A DNA stretch of 64,000 nucleotides from Epiperipatus broadwayi (GCA_028023455.1 JAQFVV010000007.1:3844001-3908000), one strand, 5' to 3'. Counted from the first letter of the stretch, positions 38,559-52,789 are shown. Numbers and translations: made by a program. The notes: a model not told the origin generated them from the sequence alone.

Positions 38559-40928
38559 TGTAATGGTAGCTTACAATTCTGTCAAAACAAGCCCTTACTT
38601 ATACACAACTGCAAATCAAACTTATTTAAATCACAAACTAGATGATAGATAGTTGGATATGCACTCACAAACTAGATGATAGATAGTTGGATATGCACTA
38701 TCAATTGTTTTGTAAAGCAAACATACATATATACACACATGCAACAAAAGTTTGTTTTATTAAATCTTGAATTAAATAATGTCACAATGGAATAATTTAT
38801 CTTTTTCAAAGTAGAGTAAAAAGACCTTTTAAAAAGATTTTTCATATATATATACTAACAATAAGGTATTTGTCAATGTATTAGACATCATGATTTATGA
38901 CTTCAACTTAGTAGACATAGTGATGACCTAATGTTAAGTTAATACCCAGGCAACCAAGTGTTAGAAAATGAGAGTAGCATTTTATTATGTAATTTTAATT
39001 TTAACTATAACCATTTAATACATGCAACAATAGACACATACAGCAATTGAAAAGGAAATGAAGATATTAGTAGTCTAAACAACAGAAACTGAGCCCAGTA
39101 TAAAAGTAAACTCAGTTCATTTCCATGGTCTTTTGTTATTTTCTCAAATGCTATAACTGCACAAAGCCAACTTTAAAAGATTTAATATACTAATCCAACT
39201 TGAATGGATAACTCATTCGAACATTATAGATTATTCATATAATTATTGTAGCACAAAATAATAAGAAAGTATAGCCAACTTTTAGTCAGAGAAAAACTTT
39301 ATAAATTTATGCAACTTGACAAAAGAACTCAATTTAAAAGTAAAAACTTTGTTATAATTCAAACATGGAGAGAAGTAAAACATTGCTAGCATATATATAT
39401 ATAAGTGATGAAATAATTTTTTCTTGTATAAGCCATTAATGCAAAATATTAAATTAAGAAAAAGTAAATTTATTTTAAACTGCTACACAATATATTCTGG
39501 CTAAAGTCACCATAAGACCCGAATGCTACTATCCCAATGATAGAAGCATAATGATTTAATTCACACATCTACAAAATGTCTAAAGAAACATTAGCTTCCC
39601 ATACAAAAAGTCTAAATGAATCCAGGAAGAAAGCAGCTGCAGAAAATGTTAACATCATTCCAAGCACATTGCTGAGGAATTTGAAATGATTGAGAAAAGG
39701 CTTTCTTATAGTATAATGGAAAGATGGATGATAGACTGTATCCATGAGAGTCATTATTGCTAGATTGATGGACTTTAATCTGGATGATTGAAGAAAATTT
39801 GATTTATTAAGTGTTAGATTTTTTTTTATACATTTGTAAAATTCTATTCTCATTTCATTTCTACACTTAAAAATTTCAGTGTGCCATATATGGAGAGGGG
39901 GTTATAGATAAAAAAAATTATGTAAATAAAGTTTTGATCAGTTCCCTCTGATAATGACTTGATGTTTGGATCACATGATAAGGTTAGAGTTTTGATACTA
40001 TTCCATATTAATTATATGCTCTATTAAAGGATAGAGTTTATGTTGTTTATTTATTTGTTTATTTTAACTAACAGTCAATATATTTATTTTATTCTGTAAG
40101 AATGACTAATTTTTTTGTGTGAATGTTTTTTTTTCTGTCAAACATACAACCATATTTAGGCAGGGGGTTCCAAAGAAGATGGAATGTTAATCATTTGAAT
40201 TTGATGAGAAGGCTATTATATATATGTTCATGTGACATTGTAAATTAGTTAGTCTGCTTCATGGTCAATGTAATTATTATTTGTTTTTATTAATTTAATG
40301 TGCTTTGTAAGTAGTGAGTGCTGAGTTATGTATCTCTACCATGGGTGTTGGATGGAATAATGGATACTTTTAATCAATGATATGGTAGAAATGCATATTT
40401 GACACCTATAACTGCATCTTTTATTATGTTAAATGAGTTTTAAATTTTATTTGTTATTAATAAAAGCTGTTAATTTGATTTAAAATTTAACTGGTCTCTA
40501 GTTTATCAGAATCATTCACACACATATCCTTTAATTTATTTGACTATATATAGGTGCGCACACACATCTTTTTCATACATATAATGATACAGTGTCAGGG
40601 TTGGATGCATCTCAATAGGTATCTATATAAAGCTGTGACAGTTGCTATACAAAGCAAATTCATCCCTGAAGACAACTGAAGGCAATATTCTCTCTGAGTT
40701 TGAATACTGAGCCATATTGGAATTTGAAAAAGGGGTGAGGCATGGATGAACTAGCACAAATTGTATCCGAATTTTATGTGTAAACCTAGAGCTAGCCCAT
40801 TGGATGTAGATATGATCTTTAGTTAGGTTCTTCATCATATCATTCATTGCATCCTACCAGAAAGACTGTAGGTCTGACCATAGTGAGATGCCACCCTCCC
40901 ACTTCTGGTGAAAACTCATATCATTACA
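38559..40928 (+). repeat. 3' LTR (2370 bp)
   Basis: Starts TGTAATGGTA after the purine-rich aagagttagggag and ends TATCATTACA. Contains a perfect 34-bp tandem duplication at 38632-38699. Confidence 0.88.
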
Positions 40929-40939
40929 GTATATAATTC

Positions 40940-41031
40940 AATTTACCTTTTTCTAGTTATGTTCACATTATTAATATTTTTTTATTACTTTCCTATTTAA
41001 TAATGGGAACATAACTAGAAAAAGGTAAATT
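40940..41031. repeat. Short inverted repeat (33-bp arms)
   Basis: aatttacctttttctagttatgttcacattatt (40940-40972) versus its reverse complement at 40999-41031, one mismatch. Confidence 0.85.
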
Positions 41032-41425
41032 CAATTACATATACTTATAAGAATTGTTTTGATTTTAGAAAATATAAATTTATTTCAATACGTTTTTCTG
41101 TTGTTGTTATTAAGAATTTTTGTAAACATGTTATAGATTGTAAATTTAGATTTAGATATATTTATCAAAATAAACCTCGAAAATAACTACAAGAACTGTT
41201 AAAGTGTAGACAGACAGGCAAAATAATATACTGTTATATATGGAAATAAAAAAAAAGTTGGTAAAATAAAACAAGATTGATAAGAAAAAATTATATTAAT
41301 AATTTATATTTTCTATTATATTTGTGTATTTTTACTAGCAGTTGAATGTCTTTGGCAAAATTAATTTTTTTTTTTACAAACATATAATAATTCAAATTGA
41401 TATAGAAATAATCCAACATATAGTT

Positions 41426-44400
41426 CATCATCATCATCATCAACCATTATCAATCCACTGCAGGATGAATGTCTCTCCAAGTTCTATCCATCTTCTCCGA
41501 TCTTTAGCATTTCTTCTCCACATCACCCCTACATACTTTCTTATTTTATCCATCCATCTCACATGTGGACTTTTTGGGTCTTTTACAGTGTTGTGGAATC
41601 TAGTTTAAGATTTCAATTGTTCATTTATTATCATCTCTTCTAGCAATATATCCAGCCCAACTCCATTTCAGTCTTTTAATTTTTTCAATGACGTCAATAA
41701 CACCTGTTTGTTCTCTTACCCATATATTGCATTTTCGATCTATTCTTGTTACTCCAAAATGCATAGCTCCATGCTTCTTTGAGTGGTCTGAAGTCTCTGT
41801 ATTGCTCTTCTATTAACTGTCAAAGTCTTAGATCTATAAGTAAAAACTGGTAAAACACATTTATTAAAAAACTTCCTTTTCAAACACATAGGCATATTTC
41901 CTTTTAGTATCAAGTTATTTCTACCAAAAGCACTCCAAACAAGTTTAATTCTATAATTAATTTCATCCATTATGTTTACATCTGTATTAATAATCTGACC
42001 AAGGTATTTATAACTGTTAACTTCTTCTAATTCATCATAATCAATCTTTATTTTCATATTTTGAGAAAATCTATTAAACATTACTTTAGTCTTTTTAATA
42101 TTTATCTTTAGTCCTAATTTCCTACTTTCATCTGATAACTCCAGCAATATTTCCTGCAGCTCTAAAGCATTATTTGCAAAAACAACTACATCATCTGCAA
42201 AATCTAAATGACTTAAATAATCTCCATTTACTTTCACTCTTTTAGCTTCGCATTTTAATCTACAAACTTCTTGCAGCACTGCTGTAAAAAGTTTTGGAGA
42301 TATGGAGTCACCCTGTATTACATCTCTCTCAATGTTGATTTTCCTAGTATCATTATGTAATCTAATTGTTGCTGTTGCAGTTTTATAAATAGTCTTTAAA
42401 ATATGACAATATCCTGAATCTACATCTTGATGATCCAATGCTTTAATCACTGAAGAAATCTTTATAGAATCAAATGCCTTTTTATAATCTACAAATCCAA
42501 AACATAATGGCAACACATATTCATTTGTCCTTTCTATAACTTCTCTCAATACCTGGAAATGATTCTACTCTACTGAAATCACTTGTTCTCTTGGTTGTTG
42601 GAAATCCAATGTTCTCTGTAGATGAGTTGTAATTATCAATTTTGTATAAAACTGATAAAAGGCTGATAGGTCTGTAATTTATCATATCTTCTTTATCACC
42701 CTTTTTTAAATATTAATATTAATACTGCAATTTTCCAATCACCTGGTACATCTTTATCATTTAGACATTGGGTATATAACTTTGCTAAAAAAAATTCTAT
42801 TTCCTCACTTGCTTCCTTTAATATCTCAATTATAATTCAATCATTACCTGAAACTTTTTCTTTCTTTATAAGTTTAATTGCATGTCTCACTTCTTTATTT
42901 AAAATTCTGGGCAATTAGGAAGATATAATAGATATAGGAGATATTTGTTCTTTATTACTATATAATTTTAATAAAAGTCTTCTACCCATTTCATGATGTC
43001 ATCTCTCTTTTTAGTAATAATTCCATCTTTTTTCCTTATTGCAGATATAAATTTCCTCCCAATATCAAAATGTTGTTTTTTATACTCTTGAGGTTTTTAT
43101 TCTCTTCTATAGTTTTCCTTGTTAGTTCACAGTTATACTTTCTTATATCATTTTCAACTCTTTTCTGCATCATTTTACAAAATTTAAGGTATTCAATATT
43201 TTTTAATGCATCATTTTTGTATATCTTTATATTTCTTCTTTTCTTCATAAATTCTTCAGTCTCACTAGAAATTTTATTGGTCGATTGCTGATTTTTTTCC
43301 ACCAGCTATCTTTGTTGCAGTTTTTAAAAGTCTACCAGTTATTTTTTTATTAATTTCATTCAAATCTGAATCATGTTCAAAATCTACTAATACTTGAAAC
43401 TGAATTAATTGAGAGAGTGCAAATCTCTCAAGTGATTATGACTACAACCAGCCAATCAAACATTAAGCACTGGGACAGAGAATGTTACTAAGAAAAGAGC
43501 GGTTCCACTCTCTTCTTAACTTGTCTTAATATATATCCAAGCCAGTCCAAAGTACTTATATTTGAAAGAGCTAATCTTAAATATCATCACACTTAATTCA
43601 CTGAGTTCAAATTATAAACATACAGCATGAAATCTTTTGATTTACTACACAGTAGTTTTTCGATGTTATAAATTTGCAGCAATATATGTAAATAATATTA
43701 TTTTTATAAAGCATAGTCGATATTGTAAATCGAAAGATTTCACACTGTATGTTTATAATTTGAACTCAGTGAATTAAGTGTGATGATATTTAAGATTAAT
43801 GCTTTCAAATATAAGTACTTTGGACTGGCTTGGATATATATTAAGACAAGTTAAGAAGAGAGTGGAACCGCTCCTTTCTTATTAAAATTCTCTGCCCCAG
43901 TGCTTAATGTTTGATTGGCTGGTTGTAGTCATAAGCGCTTGAGAGATTTGCACTCTCTCAATTATTTCAATATCGACTGTGCTTTATAAAAATAATATTA
44001 TTTGAAATTGAATTGTAAGTTCTAATTTAAATTCATTAGAATGTTTCTGAAGATTAGGAATATCAACTGTAAATATTGTTTTTTTAAATAATTTTTGTCT
44101 CTCTAGTTTTGCATTAACATGTATCTTACATTTTACTAATTGATGATAACTTCCTGTGCAAAATTTATTAAGAACATTACAATCTCGAAATATTTATTTT
44201 TTTTGTTAGTCAAAATATAGTCCAATTCTGCAGTACTTTCATTTGGATGCTTCCATGTCCATTTCCTTTTTAACATTTTTCTTTAAAAAAAAAATCATAA
44301 TATAAAGTTTTTCTTTTTCTGCAAATCACACAAGTCTATGTCCTCTCTCATTTCTATTACCATAACCAAAATTACTTAGAGCACTTTCATATTTCATTTG

Positions 44401-45299
44401 TTTGCCAATTCTAACATTAAAGTCTCCCATAACAATTTTACAATGTTGTTTACTCTGATCAAAAGTCTTTTGTACACCCATATAAAAATCTTCTACTACT
44501 TCATCTCTATGAGAACTTGTTTGGGCATAAACCTGAATTATCTGCATTTGGTATCTGCTATTAAGTTGTATAACTAATCTTGCCACTCTGTCTGATACAC
44601 CATCAATCTCCACAATGTTGTTTTTCCACTTTTTATTTACAATGAATCCTGCTCCACTTGTATTTCTAATATTTTTGCTTTTATAGTAGAGTATATGTCC
44701 ACTTTTTAAATCAATTGTCTCTTCATGTTTGTTTCTAACTTCACAAAGTCCAATAATGTCCCATTTAATGTAAAACAGTTCTTCTAATTCTTGCAATTTT
44801 CCTTCTCTTGAAAGTGATCTGCAGTTTCAAGTACCTAAATAAAAAGTTGTCATCAAATGGTAGCCTGGGTCAACAGTTAGGGGATTCTTTGGACCCTTCA
44901 CCTTTGGCCACCACCTGTTGCTTTGGTTGGTGACTTTACAGCTCCTGGAAATAAGGGCCATGATTTATTTTTGTCTGTCATAATTGTATATATTGGCAAA
45001 ATATTTATCATTTACACAAACATTCATTCTGCATTATAAGGTAACTAAGCAGAAGGACCATGGTGTTTTTCGATCTTAAACTCATTGGCAAAAAGCCAAT
45101 AAACTCACCATGCTGGCAATGCATGTTGCTGAGCAGCCTATCTATGTTCATATACTATATTAATAATTACATAGTAATAACAGCTGCAACAACAAGAACA
45201 TATGGAGTGGGCATTAGCAGTTTGCTCTGCTTGGTTCCTTTAAGTTTTCCCAGAGGAATCAAAGGGGCTCCTTTCAGTTAATAGCAAATTCCTTTTTGC
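41426..45299 (-). mobile_element. Full-length RTE-clade LINE (degenerate), interrupted at 43407-44001
   Basis: 15-bp TSD ATCCAACATATAGTT at 41411-41425 and 45300-45314. (TGA)n tail. APE ORF 44326-44796 (NCRSLSREGKLQELEEL..., IVMGDFN) and RT ORF 41749-42549 (FVDYKKAFDS, QGDSISPKLF, LDFADD). Confidence 0.95.
43407..44001. mobile_element. Fold-back insertion with 13-bp TSD inside the RTE ORF
   Basis: TSD TTGAAA[C/T]TGAATT at 43394-43406 and 44002-44014. ~230-bp arms (43407-43637 vs ~43726-43965). A 36-bp end motif is also inverted at ~43690-43725. Confidence 0.88.
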
Positions 45300-46289
45300 A
45301 TCCAACATATAGTTACTCCATTATATTTAGGATTCTTTTAAATGTTCTGAAATTGAGACATTGCCTTAATGTCAACCAATATAAGGCTATATGTGGTATT
45401 GTAGTAATTGTACTATGTGACCACAGATATTTATTGATACAGCATTATTCAATCCAGCAAGATTTATGATCACAGATAGTAAAATATCTGTTTTTATACA
45501 CAAATGCATCTACAATATGATTTATATAAAATAAATTATTTGAATATTAAACAGTTTTAAAATGAAGACTCTTTCTACTATATAGGCAAAATAACTATAT
45601 CAACATAACACTCATCAAATTCAAAAAGTCTTAATAGAGTTACTTTACATCTGTGAACTATTCTTCTCATAACTTGAATTATTTGAGAGACTCCTTGGTA
45701 TTTTTATGGAAGTTTCTTAATGTAATTAATCAATGAAGAAGCTAAATTGAATTGACCAAAAATTTAAAACTAAGATCTAATGGAAAAATCTTTAAAAATT
45801 AATGTTATTAAAGGTTTCATTAAATTTAATCTGGATGATTAATAGATTGATAAACTTATGCTAACAATTTCATGCAGGAATAATATTGCATAGGGATATG
45901 TGCTGGATTGAGATTAGCTTTAAGAACTGATTGGATTTTCTGTAACATAATTTGGTAAACATACCTACAATAAAGTTGAATCAAAGATTGACCCAAAAGT
46001 CATGTTTAGTTTTTGCTTGTAAATGTTATTAAATATTACTTGTTTATTCAGATTAGAAAAATTATGAGACCTTGGAGCGAAGCTGTTATATGCTTTTACA
46101 AGAGAAAGTTGAAGAATATAATTTAGGCTTATGAATTGACTCACATTAGTATTACTGTATGTTGGTATTGTTCCTGAGCTAAGCATTTTGATGATACTGA
46201 CCATTTGTAAGGAAAAGAGAAATGCTAGTTCTCAATATTATCAAGACAATTTCAATGTTTTTTTTTTGTTAACCTGGTTATCAATCAAG

Positions 46290-49200
46290 AACGAGGTTCA
46301 AAGGTTCAAGTAAGTGTGTCTCCCAACAAAAAAACTTATATCATGACACTTTGACAAATTACCTACTTGCAATTTTAAATATTGTGTAGAAGGTTGAAAA
46401 TAAACAAAATTAATGTCCATTTATGGTATCTACTTACAATAGTTATTAAAATTATAATTGTACTTTTCTGAAAATATATTGATATCATTTCTTATAATTA
46501 CGAGTTCTGATTTTTTATTTCCTTTTTGTATTTTCCACTATGCAAAATTGCAAAATCTATAAGACTAATTACATTAAATATAAAAAAAGTAAAAGTAAAA
46601 ATATATACAAACATCTATACTATTAACAATATACAATAGAAATTAGTCTCAGATTTCTAATCCTCTCGATTTTTGAGATATATTAAACAAAGGATGTATT
46701 CCGTGGATCTAGAAAATAACAGTATTGTTTTTTATTGTTTAATCTGCATTAAAGATTTTAATAGAAAAAGTGCATGAGATTAATTATAAAGAAGAAAATA
46801 GATTGAATAGACGCAAAACATCTACAGTATTGACTTATAATAGCCATTTAAATACGAATGGAAAATTATATGATGTGCGTGTACAGATTTATATAGTATT
46901 CTTAGTGTGTAGAAATGTGTGTATACATGTTCATTTAATATACAAATACATATGCTTTAAACCCCCCCCCCCCAAATATACCTAGAGTTAAATTTAAATA
47001 ATCATAACTTATATGAAATTAAAATGGAAATAAACTGTCAATCCCTGTGAGCTATTTATAAACTAATAATTCTCCATCAATAAACAAAAAGAAGGATCCC
47101 ACTTATTCTTTTAGCTCTGATGGCAGTTAAGCATACATTTATTAATGTGCTATTATTCAGACTGTGAACTCTGGCTATTAACCTGATTTGAGTATAGTGT
47201 CAACTGTACTAAAATCACTATCACACATTCAGAGGCTGAAAGCAATGAATGCCTTATTTTTAATAGTTCCTAAATATCCAATGAAATGTTAGTTTCAGTA
47301 AATCTATATAATCAAAGCTTAATGTATATGCAATTAATATGTTATGCTCTGATTATTTAGATTTACATGTATTAAAACTGATGTTTCATTTAATATTTAG
47401 GAATTGTTAAAAATGAGGTACTGTCTTTATCTTCTGAATGTTTAATATTGATTTGAGATTGCTTCATATTATTATTAAATCATGTTAATCGACAGAATCT
47501 ACACTCTGCTGCATTATAACATAACAATAAATCTATGCCTAAACACCATCAGAGCTAAACAAATAGGTGCTATTATTCTATTCGTTTCTTTTATTGATGG
47601 GTATTAAATATATTTTTTTATACAAATCTATATTAATGATAATTAATAATGCAGACTATAAATAGAAAAAAACATCATTAGTTTTAGCTTGTTTGTATGG
47701 ATATATGTACATCATAATATTATTTTCATTGCTTTATAATGTATACAATAGGTTTATGAAAAGAGAGGAAAAGATTGTATTTAAAAAAAAAAAAAAGCAA
47801 ATTATTATGCTTAATGTTCTGTAAATGTTCAAAAAGTATATAGTTATACTTAGGAGGGCAATAAAATGTGGCTGAAAATAATGTTTTTATATTAAATAAT
47901 GCAATATTTGTTTCAATTTGATTCGTTATCAATTTTCATAGTTTTGCATATTTCTTAATTAAATTAAAATCAAATTCGGTTCTAGCTGTTTACATATGGA
48001 TGGAAGTTAAATTTATTCGACACTATTATTTATTGAAAAATAGTAATTAAACATTAAATAGAATAAACCATTAGTAATATAATTTATTGTTCTTAAGATT
48101 TTGAACATCATTCGATTTCATCTCATATAAGATTTTTAAGGCCCCTTTTTTATTTTTTAGAATTAAAGAGATGAAACCTTGAATGCTGAGGTGCAACACA
48201 CACTCTTGGGTTTTGCTGGAGCACTTAACAAGGTGAAGGATATAAAAGAATATAACAATTTCAAGTAAATTAAGAGGATATAGGATTGCTATTTTTTCAA
48301 ATGTACTATATGGATGTAAATAATGGACTCTCTACATGAGGTTCTGGATTTTTTTATTTAAAAATGCTCCATAATAATTTGAAAACATGAGAACAAGAGT
48401 GAAAACCAGTCAGAACATTTTTAATCTTGTTAGATATTGAACTTATTATTGTAAAACCATAATGTATTTTATATAGTGCAGTGGATTATAATAGATTTTC
48501 TGAAAGCGTATTTTAAAAATCTTGAAATTGATTTTTTTTAAAAGAGGCAGAAATTTCTTATATTAGAAGGCTTATTTTGGAAATATTACAAAAAAATGCA
48601 TGTTAATAGCTTTCATTGGAGATATGATTGAGAATACAACTACAAGAAAAATCAACAATAAGGAAAATTAGTGACAGCATAGTCATAATGTTCAAATAAA
48701 CTGATTTTGAATCCAGCATATCACACATGTACACGCACGCACACACGAATATTTTTATATTTTAGAAGTTGATTTGTATATTCATTACAAAACTTTTTTT
48801 TTTACTTTCCAACTTTCATTCTGGGGTTAGAAAGACCAGATTTCTTTATAAATTTTTTTTTATTTCTATTTATGGTCTCTTTTTCTTTAAAGTGAACTCA
48901 TATCAGAGCAGTTATATTTTCTTCAATTCTTTAATTACATCTATTTTTTAATACAATATAATAAACTATGACGGAGTTTAAACCAAGTATAACAGATGCA
49001 TATTTTAATAGATTGAGAGGAATATATTACGAATAAATTATTAGAAAAGACTCAGTTTTTTATATACTCTCAAAACTTAACTATATAAATTACGAAAGTA
49101 AACTGCAAGATACTAATGTTTTGTAGAATGCTGTAAAGTGAAAGAAGTTTTGATTCCTATTTTTCCATAATTATTTTGTAATAGATTTTGTAAAGTTAAA

Positions 49201-49300
49201 ATAATTAAACAATATTTATTCTGATTTAAGAATACATATTTTTTTTATTAAAGTGAAAATAGAATGAGAGAGAATCCGCTCTTCTCCCTTCTTTCAAATA
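46290..49300. promoter_or_regulatory. Second CpG-retaining zone
   Basis: About 20 CGs by eye in 3 kb. Begins at a canonical + strand donor AA|GTAAGT (46310). Confidence 0.35.
47074..47600. mobile_element. Old MITE-like element with diverged inverted arms
   Basis: ccatcaataaa...tttagctctgatgg..tta.gcata at 47074-47190 is inverted at ~47478-47600. Confidence 0.5.
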
Positions 49301-49581
49301 TTAATTTTTACAATGTCAAAAATGTGGAAAGGTTACATTTATGTGTCTACATTTGCAATCAAAATAAAATTTATTAAGATTTAATATAAGGTAATTAAGA
49401 TGTTTTTATTTTTAAAAAAATAATTATAAAAATGCAATAATTACCAGAATAAATTAGATGACAACATACTACCCAAATAATATTGATTAAGTGGGCAATT
49501 GACTTAATATAAATAGAAATATCTCACTTAAATCATAAACTAGTCAGATACTTACAATTTCAAATCTCTGGCTATTCTTAT

Positions 49582-50926
49582 CATCATCATCAACCATTAT
49601 CAATCCACTGCAGTATGAAGGTCTCTCCAAGTTCAATCTATCTTCTCCAATCTTTAGCTTCTCTTCTCCACATCACTCCTGCACACTTTCTTATTTCATC
49701 CATCCATCTCACATGTAGTCTCTTTCTGGGTCTTTTAAATCTCTTAGAAACCAGTTTAAGATTTCAATTATCCATCTATTATCATCTCTTCTAGCAATAA
49801 GTCCATCCCAACTCCACTTCAGTCTTTTAATTTTTTCAATGAGATCAGTAATACCTGTTTGTTCTCTTACACATATATTGTGTTTTGATCTCTTCTTGTT
49901 ACTACCAACATGTATCTCTCCCTATTTCTTTGAGTAGTCTGAAGTTTCTGTATTGCTCTTCTATTAAATGTCCAAGTCTCAGATCCATAATTAAGAACCA
50001 GTAAAACACATTTATTAAAAACCTTCCTTTTCAAACACATAGGAATATTTTCTTTTAGTATCAAGTTATTTCTATCAAAAGCACTCCAAACACGTTTAAT
50101 TCTATGATTAATTTCATCCATTATGTTTCTATCTGTATTAATAATCTGACCAAGGTATTTATAGCTATTAAATTCCTCTAACTCATCATAATCAATCTTT
50201 ATTTTCATATTTTGAGAAAATCCATTAAATATTATTTTAGTCTTTTTAACATTTATCTTTAGTCCTACTTTTCTACTTTAATCTGATAACTCCTCCAACA
50301 TTTCCTGCACCTCTAAAGCATTATTTTCAAAAAGAACTACATCATCTGAAAAATCTAAATGACTAAAATAATCTCCATTTACTTTCACTTTTTTAGCTTC
50401 CCCTTTTAATCCACAAAATACTTCTTGCAGCCCTGCTGTAAAAAGTTTTGGAGATATGAAGTCACCCTGTCTTACACCTTTCTCAATGTTGACCTTCCCA
50501 GTATCATTATGTAATCTAATTGTTGTTGTTGCAGTTTTATAAATATTCTTTAAAATATGACAATATCCTGGATCTATAACCTTGATAATCCAATGCTTTA
50601 ATCACTGTAGAAATCTTTATAGAATCAAATGCCTTTTCATAATCTACACATCCAAAACATAATGGGTAACACATATTCATTTGTCCTTTCTATAATTTCT
50701 CTCAATACCTGGATATGAGTGTAATAAAACCACTTTTAAATTCAGGTTGTTCTCTTGGTTGATGGAAATCCAAAGTTCTCTGTAGACAAGTTGTAATTAT
50801 CTTGGTAAAAATTTTGTATAAAACTGATAAAAGGCTGATAGGACTGTAATTTGTAATATCTTCTTTATCACCTTTTTAAATATTAATATTAATACTGCAT
50901 TCATCCAATCATCTGGTACATCTTAT
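49582..50926 (-). mobile_element. 5'-truncated RTE LINE, same family as 41426
   Basis: 10-bp TSD CTATTCTTAT at 49572-49581 and 50927-50936, (TGA)n tail, colinear with 41426-42770. Confidence 0.93.
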
Positions 50927-51199
50927 CTATTCTTATAGTACTATCTAATTTATCATACTAAACTTGAGAAGGGAAAGCTATAGATGGAATTCAAGAAAAA
51001 CAGAAAATAAATTGATAGCATTTCCTAAGCCGAAGCCAATATTGCTGATGGAATAAATGTGCTGCAACAGTTAGAATTGTAACTATATTTTTAAATTAAT
51101 CTATATGTCTATTAATTATGTTACATCCTAATGCAATGAATAAATATATCAAAACATGTTGAACTCTGTTTGGATTGCTGTTTTTCTCTGATGCATGAA

Positions 51200-51800
51200 A
51201 TAAATGTGAAGAAAGAACATTCAGTTCTAACTTCAAATGCTTAAGAAAGAAAATGCATTGCTTGATAAATCATGAGTTTCCAAACAAATTGATCAGTCTA
51301 TATATAATATATTACTAACATAAAATATTGATTACCAAAACTGTTAGGAAACCCAAGAACAAATGTTAAAGAAATCAGCAATTAATGAGAATTATATACA
51401 AACTCTTCAAAAGAATTGACTTTCAAAGTAGCATTTAAGAATTCAGTCAAAATCCTACAAAGTGTGCAATCATAAAATACAGGTGAAAATTCAAATTTTC
51501 TATAATTTAAGATATAAATTTTAAAAGGTCTTATAAAAATATTAAGTTTAAATACTTTTTCTAGTAATTTTTAAGATGTGCAACTATTTCTAATATTTTC
51601 TATATTTTTAAATGTCACTGGAAAACACAAACTGATTTAACCTTTGAATCCAAGTGTAAAGCACTAATTTATTTTAGATTAAAATGAACAGATTGTTAGA
51701 TACTATACTTTGTTAAATAATTTATGGAGAAAGTGAAATGTTTGTGCAAGGCATTTTACGAATAGTTATGCATTTATCTGTAAGATTTATTTTATTATTA
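51200..51800 (+). mobile_element. PLE RT C-terminus/linker and GIY-YIG start remnant
   Basis: LINHEFPNKLI, IQTLQKN*LFKVAFKNS, then LIYFRLK*TDC*ILY...YGESE. Confidence 0.5.
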
Positions 51801-52105
51801 TATAAATGTATGTTTAAACGACAGTTTGGTTTTAGTTTTGAAACCAGACTATAGTATAACACACAGCTATTTTTATTCTCTTTTCTAGTAAACTGTAGAC
51901 AAAGCAATAAATGTTTGTAGAACTTTCCATTATTAATATTAATAAATTTATTTAATTTGTTTTGTGATAAACTAGATTTTTTATATTCTTTATTTTTATA
52001 TAATATATATTAAAAAAATTTAAATTAAGAATCTGTGATAGATATAATCTATAATTTTATAGGTTTAAAAATTTAGAAGACTTGCAACAATAAAAAAATA
52101 GCTGT

Positions 52106-52209
52106 GTCAAGCATTGGTGGTCAAGAGGTGAGCATAGCTGCTTTACAAGCAGTTGCCCCATGTTAGCAGGTTCACTTCTTGGTCGATGCTATGACACATG
52201 GAAAAAAAA
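52106..52209 (+). mobile_element. tRNA-Gly-derived SINE-like copy
   Basis: gcattggtggtcaagaggtgagcatagctgctttacaagcagttg... matches tRNA-Gly(TCC). Shares the GTCAA leader and TGACA.ATG-polyA tail with the 63248 copy. Confidence 0.8.
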
Positions 52210-52789
52210 CATAACTGTCTTGATTTAAATCCTTATAACAAATTGCATTAGAACCCAAAGAGGATATTCTTTTTACTTCTAAATAAACTCAGGACAAAAG
52301 GGTTATTATGGTTTGTTTAGCCTCAGAAGTGTAAATTAATAATTGAAGATTTTCTAGCAATATTTAAGGTAAACATAATGTCTGGTTGTTTACATTGATA
52401 TAGTACTTTAAATACCAGTATTTACATAATAATAAATCCATGAAAATATCTAATTTAACATATACAGTGCTCTCTCATGAAGATAAATTATTATTTATAA
52501 AATGATAAAAGAGGATGTAAGTCTTCTAAATTATTCTACCTATAAAAATAGTAGTCTGGGTTTCAATTCTTATAACAACTTGGATTAGAATTAAAAGAAA
52601 ATCTTCTTTTCAATAAATTCAAAGCAAAAGAGTTAGTTTTTTTCCCAAGCATCAGCATCACTAATAAAAGTACTAAACTCTCCATACAATAGTGGTGATC
52701 ATGTGATCCACATCACACTCATAATCATCAGTACAACAAGATTAACTATTAATTTTTTTTAAAAAGGCATTTTTATTTATTTAAATGAT

